From Octopus sinensis (taxonomy: Eukaryota), in assembly GCF_006345805.1 (NCBI RefSeq), contig NC_043000.1, positions 14,942,001 to 15,006,000 of the forward strand: DNA of 64,000 nt, written 5' to 3'. Positions 26,309-36,343 of this stretch are shown here, in pieces. Position 1 is the first letter of the stretch. Every line of letters starts with the position of its first letter. The position numbers and the translations under genes are program-made. Below the pieces are notes generated by a model. The model was not told the origin of the DNA. It worked only from the letters and a program-made list of their open reading frames with translations, and did not search any database.

Positions 26309-26471
26309 ATTAATGAAAAATAATTGGGTATTAAATGATGATGATTTCTGATTCAAAACACAGGGCAAATTATTTCAATAAATATCAACAATGTTAGCTT
26401 ATTCTCATTTTTTTTTCTCCTGTTCCACTTAAACTACTTCAACAGAAAAAGAAGAATTACACACAAGTTAC

Positions 26472-26693
26472 CTTTTCTGCTTTCATTTGTAGTTGCTTGA
26501 TAACAAGTTGTAAATTTGGTACAAGGAAAGACCAAGAGTTCAACAAATATAATTTGTCCATCATAACAATGATGATGCTATACCAACGTTTAAATCCACG
26601 AGCTTGATTATCTTGGATATAGAAAGTGTAACTGAGAACATTGCCTTGTTGTTTATCACCAAAGAAAATAGGACCTTCTCGACCGGGACACAC
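26472..26693 (-). CDS. FLCN: Folliculin coding exon 3 (longin domain with the ARGF arginine-finger motif)
   Basis: [13 protein letters not shown]...[14 protein letters not shown]...MKAEK; canonical AG/GT; 222 nt. Confidence 0.96.
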
Positions 26694-26883
26694 CTGTGGG
26701 GTATAAAAAGAGTGAAAATAGCAATAAAATGTGACTAAACAGCTGATTTTTTTTCATTAAAATCATTACTTAGATATTTTTCTTTTTTATAGTGTCCATC
26801 TCCTACCAGATATTATAATTTATAAAACGGCAATCTGTTCAAAGTGGCAACAAACCAAGAATAATCCAGAATTATTTTTCCTA

Positions 26884-27537
26884 GGCGTATCCAGCCCACT
26901 TATGTGTACCTTTTCCTTCTTTGGACACTAAAACTCTGCTTGCGAAGACCTGTTGAGGCAAGTGAAATCAAATCAAACCAATCAAAATCAAATTTGATGA
27001 CTGGCGTCCGTGCTAGTAGGGTGCAAAGAGCACCATACGAGTGTGATCATTGACAGAGCGACTAACTGGCTTCCGTGCCAGAGGCACTTAAAAGGCACCA
27101 CTCGAGCATGATCGTTACCAGCGTCGCCTTACTGGCATTTGTACCCGTGCTAGTAGGGTGCCAAGAGCACCATCCGAGCATGATCGTTGCCAGAGCAGCC
27201 AACTGGCTTCCATGCCAGTGGCACGTAAAAGGGCACCATTCGAGCGTGATCGTTACCAACGTAGCCTAACTGGCACCTGTGCTGGTGGCATGTGTAAAAA
27301 GATTCGAGCGAGGTCGTTGCCAGTACCGCCAGACTGGCCCCCATGCTGGTGGCAAGTAAAAAGCACCCACTACACTCTCAGAGTGGTTGGTGTTAGGAAG
27401 AGCATCCAGCTATAGAAACTCTGCCAAATTAAGATTGGAGCCTGGTGCAGCCATCTGGTTCGCCAGTCCTCAGTCAAAATCGTCCAACCCATGCTAGCAT
27501 GGAAAGCGGACGTTAAACGATGATGATGATGATGATG
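26884..27537 (+). mobile_element. RTE-tail retroposon with (GAT)n end, long copy
   Basis: More than 20 related copies in both orientations, e.g. 11885-12360, 12724-13205, 16403-16790, 17468-17772, 19712-20050, 41364-41687, 45848-46410, 57641-57925, 58945-59218, 62336-62630. Confidence 0.85.
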
Positions 27538-27882
27538 AACAATTGAGACTAGAGATATTATCCAACCATCATGTTTTTGGTCTACCCCTAGGTCTCTCAT
27601 CAATTGACTTGGCTTGAGAAAGGTCTTGCAATTCTTTCTTGTGATATTCTAATCACATATTCATAGTACCAGAGCTGTGACCCCTCCATGCAGAGAAATA
27701 GCATCTCCCTGATCTCTGACCTATGCACTCTTGTCAAGTAACATTATTCTAGAGATCCTTTGGAGTAGGCGCTCTCAACCACTTTTTATCTATGGAACCC
27801 CTTTGATTACTATTTTAATCTGGTCACCCCTATACCCATTTGAAGTTTAAAAACTAGTTTTATAGAAAATTCTTTCAAAATT

Positions 27883-28166
27883 AGAAATAATACATCTCTA
27901 GAACTCTCAGAGAGATTTATGCAGTAGTGATACAATAAAGTAGTTATATGCTGTCAACTTAATGTGACAGTCCCATGAAGGGAATAATACTACTGCTATT
28001 TAGCCCTAGGAAGCATCAATGCTTCCTGTCAGCCTTGACACATTTCCTGTGTCCTTATGTTTACAAGAGGGAGACAAGCACCTCCACCCAGCTAAGCCAG
28101 CTTCAAGAGACTAGTTTCTGAGTCATTGCTCGTCTTCAGTCTGGAGTAGCATGGCCTGCTAGTTTA
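27883..28166 (-). mobile_element. Short hammerhead-containing retroelement nested in a hAT MITE
   Basis: 12-bp TSD TCTTTCAAAATT (27871-27882 and 28167-28178); hammerhead motif near its 5' end. Confidence 0.72.
28101..28146 (-). ncRNA. Minimal hammerhead ribozyme motif
   Basis: Minus strand: CTCCAGA-CTGAAGA-cGAG caatga CTCa-GAAA-CTAG-TC-TCTTGAAG; canonical CUGANGA/GAAA core and GUC triplet. Confidence 0.65.
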
Positions 28167-28622
28167 TCTTTCAAAATTCCTATTTTGTTTTTCACACATT
28201 AATTTGTGTAAGTTGAACTAAGTAAATGTTAGAGAAAGAAACCTGTTTCTTGCAATACATACAAATGCACACATCTAAAGCAAAATTTTTTCAGGGGCCC
28301 TTAAAATACTGTTGTGGATTCCAAATTTACTATTTTGTTACATGGACTCCCCAAAATCTTTTATGAACCTTCAGGGGCTATATGGACCCCGGTTGAGAAC
28401 CACTATTTTGGAAGAACCCCATTTCGACCACCTACATTCACAATAATACTGACATAAATTCTCTAAATACAACTACACAGGTGTTTCTCTTATAAGTAAT
28501 AAAAAAATCTCCATTTTGCAGTTTTAAATTATTCCTAAAAAAGAACTTGAAAAAATACCAAATGCATAGTATTCGATAATAATTTTGAAATATATAAGAC
28601 ATAAAAAAAAAGTATGCATTAC

Positions 28623-28760
28623 CTCACAACTAAGACTTCGCAGACAAGCTTGTCGTACCATACTAAAAACTTTGGGGTGGTGTGGATGTTGGCTGCTCAC
28701 ATAACTAATAGGAACTTCATCATCGTGACTAACAAATCCAGTTTTGACTGAATAACAGCC
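28623..28760 (-). CDS. FLCN: Folliculin coding exon 2
   Basis: [46 protein letters not shown]; canonical AG/GT; 138 nt. Confidence 0.95.
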
Positions 28761-29261
28761 CTGCATGAAACAAATTATCCAGTTTTTAAAAAGATATACA
28801 AGTGACAATAAGCAATTATGAAGAACACAAATTTATAATTCATCACAAAATAAACTGGCATGTTAAACATTTGAATTCTAATTCTTTTGATCTTTTAACT
28901 GGTTACTCGTATGTGATGGAGAATTCAAGGGAGCTGAAATTTACTGAGGTGAAGTCTGCTGTAAGTTTGTGCCCTCTTTCCAGATGTTGCTAGACTTGTA
29001 TGGTTTGTTGTGCTATTTGAAGGTAAATGATGAGAAATGACATAATAGTCTAGAGATTTTCCTGAACAAATATCCAATGTTTACATTTAAAAATAAAAGT
29101 GAAATATAAAGCAAAAACTGCAAGGAAAGAAGAGAGAATAAAAACGAGACAAAATAAAGGGGAAAGAAAAAAATAGTAGTGTAAAGAAAGAAAAAGAAAA
29201 TAGTGAAATGGAGAGAATGAGAGAGAAGGAAGAATACAGAAATAGGAGTAAGATGACATAC

Positions 29262-29489
29262 TTCACAAAGATCTGTCTTCATACTTGTCACAGCAGCACT
29301 ATCAGTAGAAGAAAAAGAACCATGTCTTATGGCTTTTGACCGGTTGTGTAGATGACCAGCACTGACATCAGACAATGCATCCTCATCATCTACAGCTCTG
29401 TGTTCTTGTGGATGGAAAGATTGTGTGCAATATACAATTCTTGGGCCATGGAGTTCACAGAAGTGACACACAGCTATGATAGCATTCAT
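29262..29489 (-). CDS. FLCN: Folliculin coding exon 1
   Basis: MNAIIAVCHFCELHGPRIVYCTQ is the diagnostic FLCN N-terminus; acceptor at 29509-29510 leaves 19 nt of UTR; gtatgt donor; 228 nt. Confidence 0.96.
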
Positions 29490-30873
29490 TTTTATAATTT
29501 AAAAATATCTGGAATGAAAAATATATACAATGTTAGTAAAAAGAAAACTTTAAATATAAATCATTTCTGAATTAGAATCAAAGCTGCACTGGGACCATGA
29601 ATAGAGACCTCAAAGACATTCTCCAATAGGGGGATCTGCTAACCTCATCTTCTTCAATAACACAAAGACAAATTACCACATATATCAAGAAAACAATATT
29701 GTACCTAACCCTTCCTAAACCTAGATCAATGCAAATGCTAAGCCACACAATTACTGAAGATTTCCCCTGGAAACTGCACATCTTCAGCATAGCAAAGACT
29801 GGCCTTCCTATTCAGGGCCAGAAAACACTGCAGTCCCAACAACTCAAATAAACCCCACAATGAAGTACTTCTCCCACAGTGCAGCTGCTACACATTCAGA
29901 CATCCAAAACAGACCAGCCAACTAAGTGACATGAAATCACTCACTAACACATTCAACCTCTAGTCCATAATCATGCTGTATACACTCACTCCAGAGGCGC
30001 AATGACCTAATGGTTAGGGCAGCAGACTGGAGGCACAATGGCCCAATGGTCAGGGCAGCGGGCTTGTGTGTTTATTGAGTGGAAACACCTAAAGCTCCAC
30101 GAGGCTCGAGCAAGGGGGTGATGGTGACCCCTGTTGTACTCTTTCACTCCCACTCTCTCTTCCTGTTTCTTGAGTAATGCTGTGATGGACTGGCGTCCCA
30201 TCCAGCTGGGGGGAACACATACGCCACAGAAACCAGGAAACCGGGCCCATGAGCCTGGTTAGGCTTGAAAATGGCGCATAAATAAAACTAAATACACTCA
30301 CTCTACCGTTTCTACTGCTACAGTGGCCTCTGCTCCACATAGCTGGCTGGTCTTGTTCCACCCAACAACTCAGACACTTCCAACTTATGTCTTTCCTTGC
30401 CCCATCATCTATATTGCATTCAACCCACTTAGTCAAGCTGTTCTCCCCAGAATGTCAACCCTTTGAAATACTCTCTCTACCCATGTTTTTCCAGAAAACA
30501 TCAACTGGCAACTATAAGAACACTAACTGTGTAGATCTCACCAGTTTCAGAGGGTTTGCAAAAACAATGGGCACATCCCCTTCCTTTATACCTCCCACCC
30601 TAAAAAAATATGAGCTTATGTGCAAGCGTATGCAATAAGCGGAGAAACAAAACCATTGTTGAAGAGATGTAGTATTCATTACAGGCTTATTTTCTTGAGA
30701 TATGCCAAATGTGCAGTTTCATTCCACTTCAGTGCCAAGACCCTCACAGAACACTCTCAATGAGATAGCATATAACGGGGAGTAATTAAATTATGTGGAT
30801 GAAGCTTGTATGTGAAAAGAGAGGAAGGCATATAGGCTGGTGCTATCAATACAGGAGTATGTATAAGACATGT

Positions 30874-31258
30874 GGAGGCGCAATGACCCAGTGGTTAGGG
30901 CAGCGGACTCACGGTCGTAGGATCGTGGTTTCGATTCCCAGACCGGGCGTTGTGAGTGTTTATTGAGCGAAAACACCTAAAAAGCTCCACGAGGCTCCGG
31001 CAGGGGATGGTGGTGATCCCTGCTGTACTCTTTCACCACAACTTCCTCTCACTCTTACTTCCTGTTTCTGTTGTACCTGTATTTCAAGGGGCCGGCCTTG
31101 TCACTCTCTGTGTCACGCTGAATATCCCCGAGAACTACGTTAAGGGTGCACGTGTCTGTGGAGTGCTCAGCCACTTACACGTTAATTTCACGAGCAGGCT
31201 GTTCCGTTGATTCGGATCAACCAGAACCCTCATCGTCGTAACCGACGGAGTGCTTCCA
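30874..31258 (+). mobile_element. tRNA-derived SINE, tail type 1
   Basis: Near-identical to 8922-9296. Confidence 0.88.
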
Positions 31259-32919
31259 TCCATGTATACAACATAATATTAATATAGAATATGATGATAG
31301 AGACAACTTGAGCACTGAGATACTTCTGAGCATTCCACCAACATGCACACTACAATGGAACAATCAGACATGAGTCTTCTAAACCTAGTGATTAATGGCA
31401 AGTATAACCCATAAACTGGCAAATGTATCTAACATCCTGGAATGGTCAAAAGCTTTGCAACAAATAAACTTTTACCAAAATGCTCAAGAATAAAAGACAA
31501 CTGGCATGTAACATAGCACGGGCCTCCAATGTAGTTGACTGTGAATACTAAAAGAAACATAATGAATATAGTAATAAGGTGTTTGTTAACTAACACCATC
31601 ATCTAAGAAATACTGGAGGTGAGGGTGTTGGGCTAATAATTGACAGGATAAGAGATTACCTTTCTAAGGAGTAGGTCACAAAGATGCGTTTCTATATCTC
31701 AAGGTAAATACACTCAGAGAGAAATTGCGGAAGTTGGTGAAACCGGCAGTGGACAATTGCTGAGTAATTTTTCTTAGATATGGTTGGGTCTCACATATGC
31801 AAGACTAAAACTCAATCTATGAGTATTTTGTACGCAGAACGCTCCTTTGAGGTACTTCCTACGGCCATATTGTTTAATTTATTTACATCTGTCTAATTAG
31901 ATATATGGCATCTGAAGTTCCGTTTTCTGGAACAAGTCCAAATAACATTTTGTTCATTTTAACTCCCAACGTGTGCGTAACAGCAAAACTATCAAACACA
32001 ACTATAAAATAAGTAAAATTTAAGACTATTTTTGAGTTTTCAAAATCAGTTTAAAGATTTTCCATTTGTTTTGGGTTTCTCTATTTATTTATTTATTTTT
32101 TAATTAAGGTACAAATTCTATGTCAACATAAACTTAGTCGTTAATGTTTACTTTAGTACCCAACTAAAATTATTAAAAAGATCAATTCATTCTAGTCACG
32201 AAAACATCAATACAAATACAGATTAATTTATCGGAATATTACAATACACAACTTAAATAGAGTTTGAAGAATTCAAAACAATTTTATAACTTCATTATAG
32301 TGACGTTTTATTCCTTCTTAATTGTTGTTGTAAAAGTTATCTAATGTTTGTAATTAAATATTTAACAATGATCAGTGACACGGACATCAAACTATTATTT
32401 TCCTGCGATTCAATATTGTATATAATCTAACGCGAAGTAAATAAGTATGTACCACATGAGGTGGTTAAATCAAAGCAAATTAACAGAGAAGATAAATAAA
32501 CACACTATATAGATATATTTACAAAATAAAAAGATTTGGGAGAAAGGGAGTGCGTATTTATTTAATTAAAATACACTAAATGAGAATAAGAATAAAGTAA
32601 TTACCGATATTTTTTATTTATTAAGCTAAAAATATAAATATTTATCAGTAAAAATAATAGTGACAGGTAATCAAACAAACACGCTATCTCTATGTTCGAA
32701 ATAGATCATCTTATCAATCACATGAAGTGAATTATATGATGAAAGAAAACAACATGGTTATAGTAAACAATACAGCAAAGGCAAAAATGTCGGGAAAAGG
32801 AGTCTGGGGAGGGAAACGGAAACTAGACAAGCTTTGGGAGGAGATTCTTTAAAATAAAATTAATCCATGTATATACAGACCATCAAAAATTGAATGCACT
32901 TGTTGTATTTACAAAGCCA

Positions 32920-33232
32920 TGTTGGCTAGAACCAATTTAGATATCGGCCACATTCCCGTGATTAATGAACTGGTTGGCACACGATGAATCACGAGAAACA
33001 CTCCTTCCATTGCACAAGATATCGTAAAATGCCGAGTTTACTAGAAAGCAGGGCTTTTTTTGTTGATGTTTCCAACGCTATCTGTGATTGGTTGATATTA
33101 CCAACGTCAGCGTTAATGCTGACCAATTATTAACGTCGTTTCAAACGGTGAAATTATTGTATTTGCGTGGTTTTTAAAATGGTGTCTGCTAGTTAATAAA
33201 AGTTTTGTCGAAGTGACTACTACGACAGGTGA
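32920..33232. promoter_or_regulatory. Putative bidirectional promoter (FLCN on -, and a non-coding + transcript)
   Basis: CpG-enriched, repeat-free patch; CCAAT boxes at about 32932, 33087 and 33123; TTCAAA at 33140; AAAATGG at 33176; strong donor ag|gtgagg at about 33229; candidate FLCN 5'UTR donor at 32603-32604 (-). Confidence 0.5.
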
Positions 33233-33783
33233 GGGCGTAACATCGGTATATGTACCGGTGTTAGTACCGGATACATTTCAAGAAAGTGTTGTTGTTTTTT
33301 ATATATGGGGGGGGGGGGGTAGGGATAGGAGTGGGAGAAAAGGGTTTCTGTTATCTTCAGAAATGTAAACAAAGTCACGTGTGTACCTATACCGAAGCAT
33401 CGCCTTACAAATGTATTTCGTAGAAGGTTAAGAAATTATTTTCGGTCTGTGTTACTTATTCACTTTTCTTCGGACATTCTTTATCCTAGTTTCCATAGAA
33501 AACCATTCACTTTCTTATTAATGACTTAATTGCGTTTTCTAATGTGAATCCTATACTTTCACTTTCTTTTACATTATTTTCCTACATTTTTTTCTGCCAC
33601 TTTATTAGTATGTGCTATGGACTGAACCGTCGAGTCAAATCGGACAACTCTTGGCCTCCGTCAAACATCTGCGTACACTAAGTTTTCCTAGTCTATTAAA
33701 GAGCAGTCTATTTATTGTCATCCTCTGGGGTTCACTTTTTCCCCGTCATAAATCATTGGACTTGTTATCTATTTAAGCTAGAT

Positions 33784-34158
33784 GTGGAGGCGCAATGGCC
33801 CAGTGGTTAGGGCAGCGGACTCGCGGTTTCGATTCCCAGACCGGGCGTTGTGAGTGTTTATTGAGCGAAAACACCTAAAAAAGCTCAACGAGGCTCCAGC
33901 AGGGGATGGTGGTGATCCCTGCTGTACTCTTTCACCACTACTTTCTCTCACTCTTACTTCCTGTTTCTGTTGTACCTGTATTTCAAGGGGCCGGCCTTGT
34001 CACTTTCTGTGTCACGCTGAATATCCCCGAGAACTACGTTAAGGGTACACATGTCTGTGGAGTGCTCAGCCACTTACACGTTAATTTCACGAGCAGGCTG
34101 TTCCGTTGATTCGGATCAACCGGAACCCTCATCGTCGTAACCGACGGAGTGCTTCCAC
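33784..34158 (+). mobile_element. tRNA-derived SINE, tail type 1
   Basis: 11-bp TSD TTAAGCTAGAT. Confidence 0.88.
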
Positions 34159-34611
34159 TTAAGCTAGATAGGCTGGGCTGATTTGAAAGTTGTGAAAAAG
34201 TCACTCGCACAACAAATAACAAGGCATTAATTGCCGACCTCTCGATTGGATGTCTGATAAGCAATTTGTGTTCCCGCTCCATCCGATAGGTTTCTGCATA
34301 GTTTCCCATTTAACAAATTTCGCTCATAAGCTTTTGGTCAAAGTTCTGGGTTAGCTGTCCTAATGTCACGGGAAAGGAAAAGAGAATAGATGTTCCATAT
34401 TTTGAGAATTATTTTATATCGTTATTCAATATTTGCCTAAAAGCAAAAACCTGAAAAACCATGTTAACATTTTTATATAATATTGGTTTGAATTTTTCAT
34501 TTTCTTTTAAAAATCTGACTTTTGTAAACTAAATTACTTTATCAAAATAAAGCAAATAAATTTCTCCAGTGTTTTATGTTTATTTGGTGTTACACTGAAA
34601 ATTTATACTCT

Positions 34612-35174
34612 TGTAGTGACGCTATACAACAGCGCGCGCGCGCAACGCCCTTTTCTGATTCGCGCGTGTTTTCATCAACAGAAGAGGGAATATTGCTATC
34701 GTGGAATTAGCTGATTGGCTAGGAAAAGCGACCCTTAGAAAAGAGGCAAGGGAACGCAAAAACCTTGACCATCAGCGTCCAGTAGAGACAGCAGAGACAG
34801 CAGAAGGCCTTTGATACCAGCAGACGTATATTTTCTCTCTGTCCGAATTTGATAGCAGTCGGCTGAAGATTTTAACCAAATTGTTGCAGACAACATCGTC
34901 TTCATTATTTCGCGGCCATCTTTAACCCGTTCTGTTTTTAGCGGCTGAACATTGTAAATCTTACAAGCGATTAACTTTCAGCCTTGCGCGCCCAGAACCA
35001 AGGATATCAGATATACCACTGATTTCTCACCGGTATAAAACAATAAAGTATATCTATTTTTTACGTCTGCGTTTTGTGTTTCTTTGACTGGTAGAATCTG
35101 GATTTAAAAGCAACGGATAGTGATTGCTTCTCGCACCCCAAAAGGTCCAGAGAAGATATTCACATTTCCTTACA
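34612..35174 (+). repeat. 5' LTR (563 bp)
   Basis: Direct repeat of 39764-40335, starting tgtagtgacgc and ending ccttaca. Confidence 0.97.
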
Positions 35175-35175
35175 G

Positions 35176-35190
35176 TGGTGACCCCGAAGT
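35176..35190 (+). other. Primer-binding site complementary to the tRNA-Trp 3' end
   Basis: TGGTGACCCCGAAGT starts 1 nt after the LTR; the tRNA-Trp complement is TGGTGACCCCGACGT. Confidence 0.85.
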
Positions 35191-35625
35191 TCCAGAGAAC
35201 ACTCAACAAAAAAGAAAAAAAATCCAGTTTTTCTGCCAAGTCTGAAACACGACCAACCTGTTTTCCAGTCACTTTCAACAGTTTGTTTCTTCATCTGCAC
35301 TCACGCACGGAAGAAAAAAAAGAGAATAAATTTTTTTTTCTCGATTTAAACGCGACGAAGGTTGAAAAAAACAAAAAAAAAGAAAGAATTTTTTTCTATT
35401 CTCTGTGCACACAGTACAAACAAAAAAAACAAAAACAAAAGAAAAAAACATTTTTTTTTGTAAATTGCACATTCAAAATTTATTGGTTCAATTGTTGGTC
35501 TTTCTTTCTTTCTTTCTTCCTTTTTTTCCCTTTGTTTTTCCTTGTTGCGTCTGTTCAGCGTTGGTTCGTTGTCAGTTTTGTTTTTTCCATTTGACAGAGT
35601 CATCTAGTGAATAAAAGGCTACAAA

Positions 35626-36343
35626 ATGTTTATGGGTTCGTTACCTACTTTTACAGGTGATGCCACACTGTGGTTTTCACAGTTAGAGGCACAATTTCGT
35701 GCACAAAGTATTACTCCCGAGCAGCAGTTGCAAATCCTTTATGGTTGCATGCCGCCTCAACTGGCATCTATAGCAAGAGACCTTATCACAGACCCTAGTC
35801 CAGGCGCTACTTATGCGTCTGTTAAATTAGAGGTAGAGAAAAGAAATACACGAAGCGAGGAAAGTCGTTTCAACGAATTAATGGCAGATGAGCAACTGGG
35901 AGATAGGACTCCGTCAGAATTTTTACGAAGACTGAGGGAGTTAAGTGGTAATGCATCAGACGCCCCCCTCCTTCGGAAGATTTTTTTTCGAGGTTGCCCG
36001 CCTATATACAGACCGTTTTGGCAACCGGCTTAGAGACAAATACAGTGGACCAAATAGCAACGATGGCTGATAAGATGGTTGAATTTGCCGTTCAACCATC
36101 GTCACGGTCTGCTTGTGCCTGTTCACAAACTTCTTCGGCCTCAATTGAGGGGCTTTCTAAACTAATAGAAACCCTCACTAAAAGGATGGTCGCGATGGTA
36201 AGCGATCTTCAAAATCGCGGAGTCGCAGTCGTTCATCCTCGAGATCAACACAGTCTAAGTCTGGACTGTGTTGGTACCACTCCAAGTATGGAGAGAATGC
36301 ACATAGGTGCACACAGCCATGCACTTATAAGTCTTTAAACTAG
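35626..36343 (+). CDS. gag: Gag of the Gypsy element, split by two apparent 1-nt deletions
   Basis: LPTF...[10 protein letters not shown]...[16 protein letters not shown], then [10 protein letters not shown], then SRSRSRS and [18 protein letters not shown] (C-x2-H-x9-C-x3-C). Frame jumps at the T8 run 35981-35988 and the A4 run 36180-36183. Confidence 0.85.

Larger units (their letters stand above)
27766..28405. mobile_element. hAT-type MITE
   Basis: Degenerate TIR taggcgctctcaacc and ggttgagaaccacta; 8-bp flanks ctttggag and ttttggaa. Confidence 0.7.

Noticed and set aside
35124-35594. 156-aa ORF in the Gypsy leader
   Set aside because: A Lys/Phe-rich product of A and T runs with a non-ATG start; not a credible extra gene.
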